IMG/VR virus record: IMGVR_UViG_3300025357_000031
Coordinates: 1 to 35,028 of that record
Direction: 5' to 3' (one strand)
Source of the DNA: a virus
Lineage: Duplodnaviria; Caudoviricetes
DNA: 35,028 bases
The stretch's first letter is position 1; every line of letters begins with the position of its first letter. This document shows, piece by piece, positions 25,184 through 34,222 of the stretch. The notes beneath the pieces are model-generated. The model made no database searches. It had not been told where the DNA came from and saw only the letters and a list, made by a program, of their open reading frames with translations. Position numbers and translations under genes: made by a program.

Positions 25184-25673
25184 GCGGTTTCCCGACTACT
25201 GGGATCATTGCTTACGTTGCCGAGAACAACGACTAGATGAAGTAGCAGACTTTATTCACGCAATAATGAAGGAAAACCAAGAAATGAAACATGAGATAGT
25301 ATACTTGGAATGCGTTATAACATTAAACGGGATTGTTGCTAGATATATCGAAGATTTTAGCATGAGGCCAGTCAAGAAAAATGACGATAAACGCTTAACT
25401 GAATCGGAAAAAATGGCGGACTTACTTGTAAGTGCTTCCCACGTTGAAGATATCAATTACGATAATGTTGTATCTGCTTGCAATAAGACAATCGGCATTA
25501 TGAAAGATATTGAATATGAACTTATCAGTGGTGATTTAGGCGAACACAAAGAACGCCGCCATCTTGTCGAACAGCTTTTGTCCATCCTTCATATTGGTCG
25601 GGCTTACCCAGACAACGCCATTAAACGTGCTAAAGCATTGATGCCCAAAACAGTCATGAACAGAGCTGCTTGA
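25176..25673 (+). CDS. Hypothetical protein
   Basis: 165 aa ORF overlapping the upstream gene. Confidence 0.6.
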   Translation: MTKRFPDYWDHCLRCREQRLDEVADFIHAIMKENQEMKHEIVYLECVITLNGIVARYIEDFSMRPVKKNDDKRLTESEKMADLLVSASHVEDINYDNVVSACNKTIGIMKDIEYELISGDLGEHKERRHLVEQLLSILHIGRAYPDNAIKRAKALMPKTVMNRAA

Positions 25674-25704
25674 TATAGCTTTTTGTAAGCCGTAGGTTAG
25701 GTTC

Positions 25705-27399
25705 ATGAAATTTGACCTTGAAAACATGACCGAAGGCCAGAGGCGCGACCTGTATCGTCAAACCAAAGCCGCAAACTATGAAGAAAGCCTTTACGGGTTT
25801 ACTCGACGGGCGTGGCGGGAGATTGATTCCGCCCCGTTCGCTGAAGGCGGCTTTGCGTTGCAAGCTATTTGCGAACACCTACAAGCGTGTGCTGACGGAT
25901 ATATTAGGAACTTAATCATAAACGTTCCGCCGCGCTTTTCTAAGTCAACCATTACTGGGACTATGTTCCCAGCTTGGGTGTGGGCGCAAAGCATTAAAAG
26001 CCCTACTTCTGGTCCGGGTATGCAATTTTTGCATTCGTCCTATGCGATGGGCTTATCTATTCAGGACTCGGTTAAGTGTCGCCGTTTGATTGAAAGCAAA
26101 TGGTATCAAACGCTATGGGGCGATAGGTTCAGCTTAGTAGGCGACCAGAACACGAAGACCCGCTTCCAAAACAACAAGAGCGGTATACGTAACACGGTGT
26201 CGGTTGGATCAGCCACGACCGGCTTGGGCGGCAATTATCTTATCGCCGACGATCCCAATAACGCGCAGGAAGCCAACTCAGAGGCCATCGTGAACTCAAC
26301 CATTGAATGGTGGGACATGGCATGGTCAACCCGCTTGAACGACCCTAAGAACGGCGTTAAGATTGTCATCCAGCAGAGGCTTTCGGAGAACGATATCACT
26401 GGGCATATTTTGTCAAAAGATATCGGCAACTGGACGCATCTTTGTTTGCCTATGCGATTTGAGCCAGCTAGGAGGACGTATAATGTTCTTGTACCTGCGG
26501 AATTTAATGACGGACAGGCAGTTATCTGGACTGACGAAAGGACTGAAGAAGGTCAGCTTTTATGGGACGAACGCTTCGGTAACGAAGAAGTCACCCTCCT
26601 TGAGAAAACTCTTGGACCATATGCAGCAGCAGGACAGCTTCAACAAAGGCCGGAACCAACTGGGGGCGGCATAATCAAGCGCGAATGGTGGGGCGAGTGG
26701 AACAAGGAAAAGTTTCCCCACAATTTGGAACTTGTCGTTGCTTCTGTTGATACGGCGTTTGGTGCAAAGGAGTTTGAAGGTGACTTTTCTGCTTGCACTA
26801 TTTGGGGTGTTTACCGGGACTCAGGGCCAACAACTGGCGTTGTCGGTAATGAAATGTCTGGAAACTATACACGTATTTCAGCGGAAGAACGTGAGGCGGA
26901 TGTTCCAAGAGCTATCTTGATGCATGCATGGCAGGGGCGCATGGAACTGCACGAACTTGTGCAAAAGATTGGCGCGTCGGCTAAGGAATGGAAGATTGAT
27001 TTTCTTTTGATCGAAAACAAAGCGTCAGGCATTTCCGTTAGTCAGGAATTGAGACGGCTCTTTGGGTACGAGAATTACGGTGTTCGGCTTATTGATCCGA
27101 AGGGGATGGATAAGGTCGCCAGAACTTATGCGGTTCAGCATTTGTTTTCCGAAGGAATGGTGGTCGCTCCGACCGATAAGGCTGGGGACGTTTTTCGTGT
27201 GTGGGCAGAAATGGTAATCTCACAATGCGCCACGTTTCCCAAGGGAAAACACGACGACTTGCATGACACGGTGACGCAAGCCCTAAATTGGCTGCGTGGG
27301 ACTGGAATGCTTCAACGTGGCGCTGAACGGACGGCAGAGCTTGCGTCAAACCGAGAGTGGCGCGGGAGTAACGAGAATGTGCCATTGTATCCTGTTTAG
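25705..27399 (+). CDS. terL: Terminase large subunit
   Basis: LIINVPPRFSKS (Walker A), IADDP (Walker B), QQRL, SVDTA, IENKASG, FPKGKHDDLHD nuclease motif. Confidence 0.95.
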   Translation: MKFDLENMTEGQRRDLYRQTKAANYEESLYGFTRRAWREIDSAPFAEGGFALQAICEHLQACADGYIRNLIINVPPRFSKSTITGTMFPAWVWAQSIKSPTSGPGMQFLHSSYAMGLSIQDSVKCRRLIESKWYQTLWGDRFSLVGDQNTKTRFQNNKSGIRNTVSVGSATTGLGGNYLIADDPNNAQEANSEAIVNSTIEWWDMAWSTRLNDPKNGVKIVIQQRLSENDITGHILSKDIGNWTHLCLPMRFEPARRTYNVLVPAEFNDGQAVIWTDERTEEGQLLWDERFGNEEVTLLEKTLGPYAAAGQLQQRPEPTGGGIIKREWWGEWNKEKFPHNLELVVASVDTAFGAKEFEGDFSACTIWGVYRDSGPTTGVVGNEMSGNYTRISAEEREADVPRAILMHAWQGRMELHELVQKIGASAKEWKIDFLLIENKASGISVSQELRRLFGYENYGVRLIDPKGMDKVARTYAVQHLFSEGMVVAPTDKAGDVFRVWAEMVISQCATFPKGKHDDLHDTVTQALNWLRGTGMLQRGAERTAELASNREWRGSNENVPLYPV

Positions 27400-27438
27400 T
27401 TGCATGGTATGTAAATTTAACCGACATAGGAGAATGCA

Positions 27439-27690
27439 ATGCCCAAACATACTTGGTCTATTACACTAAATCCATACGACGTAAGTGGGAAATCCCACCT
27501 GATAATCAAGGCTGATACCTGCAATGTAGATACCAGCGTAATCTACTTTCACCGCAATGAAGGTAAGACCGAGCATTTTACGTGGGACGATAGCTATCTT
27601 GTAGCTTGCATTCCTATGGATCGCGTTATGGAAGTTGAGCTTTTGGATAACGAAACTGGCGAACCTATTGGATTTGTTCCCAATGATTGA
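27439..27690 (+). CDS. Hypothetical protein
   Basis: AGGAG RBS. Confidence 0.65.
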   Translation: MPKHTWSITLNPYDVSGKSHLIIKADTCNVDTSVIYFHRNEGKTEHFTWDDSYLVACIPMDRVMEVELLDNETGEPIGFVPND

Positions 27691-27931
27691 TAACCCGCAC
27701 TTAATGACGCCGGAGCAAATGGCTTCCATTGTTTGCCCAATGGGCGTGGGGCAAGGTACGCCGGGCCGATTTGTGCGAATTGGCAACGTAGAAGTCGGTC
27801 GGCCATGCATTGCCAACAAATGCGCGGCTTGGCGCTGGAATCGCCAGTGGGAAGAAATTACTGAGACGGTAGAACTGCCAGCAGTTGGTTACAGCGAAAC
27901 GCATGGGTACTGCGGAATGATTGGCCCATGA
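27683..27931 (+). CDS. Cys-rich small protein (paralog of 23462-23677)
   Basis: DNPH...CP...CIANKCAAWRW...HGYCGM. Confidence 0.7.
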   Translation: MIDNPHLMTPEQMASIVCPMGVGQGTPGRFVRIGNVEVGRPCIANKCAAWRWNRQWEEITETVELPAVGYSETHGYCGMIGP

Positions 27932-28110
27932 TCAAACCAAAGTTTAAATCAATAGATACGATGGTGGCCCGAGATTTAGGTGACGGTTACATTAAGGTCA
28001 CTATCGTAATAGATACTAAGATACATGAATACAAAGTCAGAAAAAGTGTTGCTGTCGGAATGATTACATCATTAGCACAAGCACTTGACGGCAACTTGCA
28101 TGACGTGTAA
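27928..28110 (+). CDS. Hypothetical protein
   Basis: ATGA-coupled ORF. Confidence 0.55.
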   Translation: MIKPKFKSIDTMVARDLGDGYIKVTIVIDTKIHEYKVRKSVAVGMITSLAQALDGNLHDV

Positions 28111-28284
28111 ATGGAAAACCGTATCCGCACTGGGATATTCAGATACGTTGCGTATCATCTAATTGACGATTACCACCAAATGGGTTGGATGATCGTGGCA
28201 CACCTTGGCGCAACGCATGGAAAGTACTCAGTACTTATGTGGCGATGCGACTGTAGGGAAAACCACGATGACTTGGAACCATAG
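28111..28284 (+). CDS. 57-aa hypothetical protein (not in ORF track)
   Basis: MENRIRTGIFRYV...GWMIVAHLGATHGKYSVLMWRCDC; ATG abuts the upstream TAA. Confidence 0.6.
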   Translation: MENRIRTGIFRYVAYHLIDDYHQMGWMIVAHLGATHGKYSVLMWRCDCRENHDDLEP

Positions 28285-28525
28285 GGTTATTAAGTACGAA
28301 ACTCGCAATTTGTTTGGCGACCCAGATGTTGGGTATGCCATTCACGAAGTTTACTACGATAATGACGGTAACGTAAAAGGCATTACATCTGATGCTGTTA
28401 AGCCTTGGGGCGACACAAAAGATGAATTACGGCATGATTTGCTTCGTATGCTTGAAGCATTAAACAAGCCAGACCTAGAACTTCCTGATCAGGACGGTGT
28501 TGAAGGGTTTGCGAACAGAGCATAA
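28268..28525 (+). CDS. Conserved phage hypothetical protein
   Basis: MTWNHRVI...YAIHEVYYD..G...M.EAL.KP. Confidence 0.75.
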   Translation: MTWNHRVIKYETRNLFGDPDVGYAIHEVYYDNDGNVKGITSDAVKPWGDTKDELRHDLLRMLEALNKPDLELPDQDGVEGFANRA

Positions 28526-28566
28526 TTAGCCTATACTGTGCAAGTTATTCCAACAGGAAGTTGCAC

Positions 28567-30861
28567 ATGGCTTTGACGCCCGGACTCGTACCCAACATTC
28601 GTCTTGACCAAGACCAGCAGGATGACCCCTTGAATGAGGGGCAGGACACTGTTGTCGTAATGGATGCGGACGATGATTCAGACCTGCCAGAACTGGACGC
28701 TAATGGCAATGTGCTTCGTATTGATCACGGGGACGGTTCTATTAGCGTTTCCCTTGATGGCCGTCCTATTCAGTCTGCTAAGAAAAAAGATCAAGATGAA
28801 TGGTTTGCCAACCTTGCTGAAGACATTGGCGAAAACGAGCTATCTCGCATTGCTGAACTTCTTATCAAAGGCATTGAAGAAGATATTGATTCTCGCAAAG
28901 AATGGATTGAAGACCGCGCTCAGGGTTTACGACTTCTGGGCCTTAAAATTGAAATTCCGGGTCAACAAGGCACGGCAGACGGCGCTCCTGTCGAAGGAAT
29001 GTCCCGTATACGTCATCCGCTCCTGCTCGAATCCGTCTTGCGTTTTCAAGCGAATGCTAGGGCGGAACTATTGCCAACGGACGGACCTGTCAAAGTAAGA
29101 GTTGATAGTAATCAAGATTCCCCACAAGTAGATCAGCAAGCTGACTATCTTGAAAAAGACTTTAACCATTACCTGACAGTTACAGCTAAAGAATATTATC
29201 CCGATACGGACAAAATGTTGTTTATGTTGGGCTTTGGCGGCTCTTCATTTAAGAAGGTTTACTATTGTCCGTTGCGAAATCGTCCTGTTTCTGAGACGGT
29301 TGATGCTGACGACTTGATTGTTAACAATGAAGCGACCGATATCTCCAATGCACGAAGAGTTACTCACCGTATATCAATGCGCCCTTCTGTTGTTAAACGC
29401 ATGCAGATCATTGGTGCATATCGTGACGTTGAGCTTGGCGAGCCTAAACAAAAAAACCTAGACGCTGTGCAGCTTGAAAAGGCTGCTATTCAGGGTACGC
29501 AGTCGGATGTTATGGTTGCGGAAGATCGCGACCGTGAGATTTACGAATGCTATTGCGAATTGGACGTTAGCGGTTACGAACACAAGATTGACGGTGAAAT
29601 TACTGGCCTTGAAGTGCCATATCGGGTGACGATTGACGCCTCTTCCAAGAAAATTTTGAACATTGTTCGCAATTATTCGGAAGATGACGCCGAATTGCCA
29701 GAGGCTATAAGCCATTTTGTTAAGTATGACTTTATTCCCGGCCTTAAATTCTATGGAATGGGCTTGCTGCACATCCTTGGCAACACGACTAATGCCCTTA
29801 CGGCAGTGTGGCGTGAGCTTTTAGATGCCGGTATGTATGCCAACTTCCCCGGATTCTTGTATGCCAAGACATCTGGGCGTCAAAATAGTAACATTTTCCG
29901 CATTCCTCCGGGCGGTGGCGCTCAGATTGATACGGCGGGCATGTCTATTCAGCAATCCGTCATGCCTTTACCTTATAAAGAACCATCTGGAGCCTTGGCT
30001 AACTTTGCTGAGCAGATTAGTCAGTACGGACAGCGCGTTGGCGGCACTGCTGAGATGCAAGTTGGCGAAGGTAAGCAGGATGCGCCGGTTGGCACAACGC
30101 TTGCAATCATTGAACAAGCCCAAAAGGTGCTTAACAGCGTTCATAAACGGCTTCATGCGGCTCAGGCAGACGAATTTCAGCTTATTGCGCAGTGCTTTAG
30201 GGAGCATCCCAACTCTTTTTGGCAGCGCAACAAGCGTCCAGCGGGTCAATGGGACGAACAGACGTTCCTTTCGGCCTTGGATAACTATGAATTGGTGCCA
30301 CAAGCCGATCCAAACACGGCAAGCCACATCCAGCGCGTCATGAAAGTGACGGCGTTGATTCAATTGGCTCAGCAAGCGCCTGATTTGTACAACTTGGATG
30401 CCGTTAACCGTGAAGCATTGCTTACATTGGGCTGGGGCAACCCAACTGCATTGCTTCGTGATACTGTTAACCAGCCAGCACCGCCTGATCCGCAAGGACA
30501 AGCCGCCGCAATGGCTGGTCAGGCCGCTATGATCACTGCTCAGTCCAAAATGCTGGAGGCTCAGGCCAAAGTTCAGGACATGCAGTCCAAGGCTGGCGGT
30601 CAGCAGGGCATGTCGCCGGACAATCAGGTCAAAATGGCTGAAATTCAGCAGAAAAACATTGATGCACAGCTTGATGCCATGAACCGCAAGCGTGATCGTG
30701 AGAGTCGTGAGCGTTTGGCGGCAGTTAAGTTGGCTGAAGAAGTAGCCATGAACCCATCAACGTTGGGAACCATAGATGCTCTTCTTGATCCGGGTATGAT
30801 TCAACGCCTTGAAGGCAATGAACCTGCCATGTCACCCACCCCCGGCGGCGTAATTCAGTAG
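28567..30861 (+). CDS. Portal protein (P22-like podovirus type)
   Basis: HPLLLESVLRFQA, GSSFKKVYY, FYGMGLLH, APVGTTLA motifs; Q-rich C-terminal barrel; follows terL. Confidence 0.9.
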   Translation: MALTPGLVPNIRLDQDQQDDPLNEGQDTVVVMDADDDSDLPELDANGNVLRIDHGDGSISVSLDGRPIQSAKKKDQDEWFANLAEDIGENELSRIAELLIKGIEEDIDSRKEWIEDRAQGLRLLGLKIEIPGQQGTADGAPVEGMSRIRHPLLLESVLRFQANARAELLPTDGPVKVRVDSNQDSPQVDQQADYLEKDFNHYLTVTAKEYYPDTDKMLFMLGFGGSSFKKVYYCPLRNRPVSETVDADDLIVNNEATDISNARRVTHRISMRPSVVKRMQIIGAYRDVELGEPKQKNLDAVQLEKAAIQGTQSDVMVAEDRDREIYECYCELDVSGYEHKIDGEITGLEVPYRVTIDASSKKILNIVRNYSEDDAELPEAISHFVKYDFIPGLKFYGMGLLHILGNTTNALTAVWRELLDAGMYANFPGFLYAKTSGRQNSNIFRIPPGGGAQIDTAGMSIQQSVMPLPYKEPSGALANFAEQISQYGQRVGGTAEMQVGEGKQDAPVGTTLAIIEQAQKVLNSVHKRLHAAQADEFQLIAQCFREHPNSFWQRNKRPAGQWDEQTFLSALDNYELVPQADPNTASHIQRVMKVTALIQLAQQAPDLYNLDAVNREALLTLGWGNPTALLRDTVNQPAPPDPQGQAAAMAGQAAMITAQSKMLEAQAKVQDMQSKAGGQQGMSPDNQVKMAEIQQKNIDAQLDAMNRKRDRESRERLAAVKLAEEVAMNPSTLGTIDALLDPGMIQRLEGNEPAMSPTPGGVIQ

Positions 30862-30868
30862 GCATACC

Positions 30869-32806
30869 ATGATTGATGAGAATATCCGTAATGCGCTTCG
30901 TCTCGTTCAATCTATGGGCCGTGGTAATGACACTATCCTTGCCCATATCAACCCACGCGAAGCAAAACTGCTGAAGAAGCGCGGCGGTTCGGGGAAGATT
31001 AACCCTAAGACGGGCTTGCTTGAGTTTGATGATAGCGACCATAGCGAAGGCGGAGAAGGCGGCGGAGGGGATAATGTTCGCGCCGATAGCGTATCACAAT
31101 CGGAGCAAAGCTCAGCGGATCAAGCGGCACGTCAAGATGCAAGTGCTGGTAATGAAAATGCAGCATCCGTAAGAATGGGTGACACCGTTGGCGGGTTGTC
31201 TGCCGATACGGGTGCGTCGGCTGGCCCGGCTGTTGGGCAATCACAGGGAGACGTAAACGCTGCCATTGCTGCTGCACAAAATGCTCAGCAGGGTCTTGCG
31301 TCTATGTCAAATGCGTTTGGTTCGCAAAATGCTCCTCCAAGTCTTATTGGGGGTAATTCCAATCTTCCTGCGGTCGCGAACGAACAGGCTGCATTACAAA
31401 ATCAACTTAATGCACTTGTCCAGCAAAGTGCTACGGACGTGGCTTCAAACCCATCTGCTGGATTACCAAACTTGGCTGATGTTGGGGCAACCAATTACTC
31501 GTTTAACACAACCGGCCTTAATGCAAATGGTCAATTAAACCCTACAATGGAGGGTGGACTTTCAGCCCAATTAGCTCAAGCGGCTGGTGCTGGTAATGTT
31601 ACAAACAATCCGTTGTCTTACAATACGGCGGCTCAAGCACTTCAGGGACAAGCCTTGGCCCAAATGCAAGCCCAGCAAAACGCTGAGTTTAACGCACCGA
31701 TTCCCAATGCTGCATCCGATAATAATCCTATTAGGTTGGGAGAAACCCCAAACACGGGCGTTGTCAGTGCTGCACCGGCGCAATCTTTGGCTAGTATACT
31801 TGGGCAAAATCTTGCCCCTACTACTATTGCCTACACTCCACCTGCTGCTACGGTTGCCCCAACTTCAGCGGGGGCCGGTACTAACGATCTTGTAAAAGCT
31901 TTATCAATTGCGGGAACAACGCAAGCACCGGCGGCGGCTGCCCCTGCCGTTGCAACAACTTCTCCTATAACTAGTAATGTTCCTTTGCCACCTGTTAATC
32001 CGGCTCAAACTAATGTCGCCGCGACAACATTAGGAACTGTCCCTCTATCCCCAGCTAATCCGGCCCAACCCGACGTGGCAGCGCCCACATTGGGTAACGT
32101 CCCTTTGCCTCCGGTTAATCCATCTCCAGCAGCCCCCGCCGCACCACAACAAGGCATACTTGATAAGCTTTTTGGTCCATCCGAAACTCAAGTTAACAAC
32201 ATACTGAACCAGCCAAACACCGTAGCAATTGACGAAAATGGCAATCCGACTAACTTGCCCAACTCCACAAGCGGGTTGACCAAAGAAGAGTGGGCGGCAG
32301 CAAATGGCGTTGATCCATCGCAAGTCGTGTCGCGTATTGTTGACTATGGCAACGGTCCGCAAGTTAACTTCACAGAAGACACAACTAGAGTTTTCTTGAA
32401 TGGTATTAGAAACGCACCTAATACCCCTAATCCTACGGGGATGTCTCCTCGCGATTTGACCGGAAGCTACCATGCGTCCTCGGAGTATCCTAACACGGAT
32501 TACTCCAATAATCGCCCATCTTACGCCAATAATTTGTCTTTGGCTAATTCAGTGCTTGGTAACAAAGGGTTATTTTCGTTCCTTAATAGGAACAATCAAA
32601 ATAAACCCGCACCTGCTTCAACGCCGTATGTTTACCCAGTTCAGCAGCCTTACATGAACTATGCAACGCCAACCACCAATTATGATACAGGGATTAATTG
32701 GGGAATGGTTCCGGGCTATACGGGTTACGCAAAGGGCGGAAACGTTGGCGAGAATAACGCTCTTGCCAATTCCATACGTATGCTTAAGATGCGAAACAAA
32801 CCGTGA
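30869..32806 (+). CDS. Low-complexity virion-module protein with N-terminal GRGNDTILAHINPREA domain
   Basis: A/P/N/T-rich; repeats of xVPLPPVNP; C-terminal YAKGGNV. Confidence 0.65.
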   Translation: MIDENIRNALRLVQSMGRGNDTILAHINPREAKLLKKRGGSGKINPKTGLLEFDDSDHSEGGEGGGGDNVRADSVSQSEQSSADQAARQDASAGNENAASVRMGDTVGGLSADTGASAGPAVGQSQGDVNAAIAAAQNAQQGLASMSNAFGSQNAPPSLIGGNSNLPAVANEQAALQNQLNALVQQSATDVASNPSAGLPNLADVGATNYSFNTTGLNANGQLNPTMEGGLSAQLAQAAGAGNVTNNPLSYNTAAQALQGQALAQMQAQQNAEFNAPIPNAASDNNPIRLGETPNTGVVSAAPAQSLASILGQNLAPTTIAYTPPAATVAPTSAGAGTNDLVKALSIAGTTQAPAAAAPAVATTSPITSNVPLPPVNPAQTNVAATTLGTVPLSPANPAQPDVAAPTLGNVPLPPVNPSPAAPAAPQQGILDKLFGPSETQVNNILNQPNTVAIDENGNPTNLPNSTSGLTKEEWAAANGVDPSQVVSRIVDYGNGPQVNFTEDTTRVFLNGIRNAPNTPNPTGMSPRDLTGSYHASSEYPNTDYSNNRPSYANNLSLANSVLGNKGLFSFLNRNNQNKPAPASTPYVYPVQQPYMNYATPTTNYDTGINWGMVPGYTGYAKGGNVGENNALANSIRMLKMRNKP

Positions 32807-32884
32807 ACGGATATTGTAAAGTAGCCTTTTATGGGTTAATATTCTCTTATTGCAACTGCGATGTCGCAGTGATGGAGCAGATCG

Positions 32885-34210
32885 ATGCACGAATATCGTA
32901 AAGCGGCCCGTGATGGTGCAGCCCAGAAGTTAAAGAATATTGAGTCGGGCGAACCGCATACGAAAGTTGATTCGTCGTCTTGGTCGCCTCCTGCGATGGA
33001 GAAGGCAAGTGTCCAGACGGGCATGCGACCTGTTAGCCCACGCCAGTATAAGTCTGGTGGCAAGGTTCATGGTGAACATTCCAAGAAACGCGCAGACCGC
33101 AAAGCCCGTAAGTCGGGCGGTGAGGTTATGCCTCCGGTTGATCGCCTTCTTAATCGCGACATGAAAAAGGCCAATGACCTTCGTGACGGTGCTAAACACA
33201 TCGGCGGCATGAAGAAGGGTGGCAAAGTTAAGCGCGAGCATCACGCTGACGGCAATGCTATTCCATTGCCTCCTCGCCGTCCGGTTCCGCTTCCTCCACG
33301 CCGTCCAGCCGATATGGATGGTGTTCGTCTTGATCCGGCTATGCAAGCTATTCAAGATGCCAAAGCTATGGCTGCACAAGATGCGGCTCGTAAGGCTATT
33401 GCCGACAAGTTTGATGCGCAGCAGCAAGGATATCAGCGTGATCTTCCTCAGAACCAAAAGCATGGTGGCACGGTAAAAGACCGTAAGCATCATGCTAAGG
33501 GCGGCGCTGCACATCCTGATGAGGCTGAAGATAAGGCACTCATCCGCAAGATGGTTAAGCCCGAAGCCCGCACTGGTAAAGCTCATGGCGGCGAAAAGTG
33601 GATTCAGGGTGCTATTAAGCACAAGGGTTCGCTGCATCGTGCATTGCATGTTCCAGAAGGCGAAAAGATTCCTGCAAGCAAGTTGAAAAAGGCTGAGCAT
33701 AGCAAAAATCCGAAGCTCGCGAAGAAAGCTCATCTGGCTGAAACGCTTAAGCGTATGCATCACGCTGACGGCGGTGAAGCTGGCCGTGGTTTGTACGTAC
33801 GCCAGAATTACCCACATGAAGTTCCGGGTGCTGATGGCGGTCGCACGGCTAAGAAGCGCGGTGGCGCTATTGGTAAGGGCAAGACCAACGTTAACATTAT
33901 GATTCACCCCCATAGCCCAATGGGCGCTATGGGCGCTCCTGCTGGTATGCCTCCTATGGGTGGCCCTGCAATGCCTCCACCGCCTCCTCCACGCCCACCA
34001 ATGCCTCCTATGGGTGCTATGGGTGCTGGTGCGCCAATGGCTGCTCCTATGGGTGCGGTTGGCGCTGGTATGCCTCCTATGGGCGCTGGTCGTCCGGGCA
34101 TGCCTCCTATTGGCCGCAAGTCGGGTGGTAAGGTTGAGCATGTGATTGATCACGCTGCCGGTGGTGGTTTGGGCCGTCTTGAAAAGATCAAAGCCTACGG
34201 GCTGGAATGA
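32885..34210 (+). CDS. Basic, modular head-associated protein with many xxGGx motifs
   Basis: K/H/G-rich; about 12 GG-motif variants; KWIQGAIKHKG..IP..KL module; M/P/G-rich tail. Confidence 0.7.
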   Translation: MHEYRKAARDGAAQKLKNIESGEPHTKVDSSSWSPPAMEKASVQTGMRPVSPRQYKSGGKVHGEHSKKRADRKARKSGGEVMPPVDRLLNRDMKKANDLRDGAKHIGGMKKGGKVKREHHADGNAIPLPPRRPVPLPPRRPADMDGVRLDPAMQAIQDAKAMAAQDAARKAIADKFDAQQQGYQRDLPQNQKHGGTVKDRKHHAKGGAAHPDEAEDKALIRKMVKPEARTGKAHGGEKWIQGAIKHKGSLHRALHVPEGEKIPASKLKKAEHSKNPKLAKKAHLAETLKRMHHADGGEAGRGLYVRQNYPHEVPGADGGRTAKKRGGAIGKGKTNVNIMIHPHSPMGAMGAPAGMPPMGGPAMPPPPPPRPPMPPMGAMGAGAPMAAPMGAVGAGMPPMGAGRPGMPPIGRKSGGKVEHVIDHAAGGGLGRLEKIKAYGLE

Positions 34211-34222
34211 TAGGATCGCCTA

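Noticed and set aside
32930-34153. 407-aa antisense ORF
   Set aside because: Mirror of the codon-biased low-complexity + strand gene; no recognisable protein features
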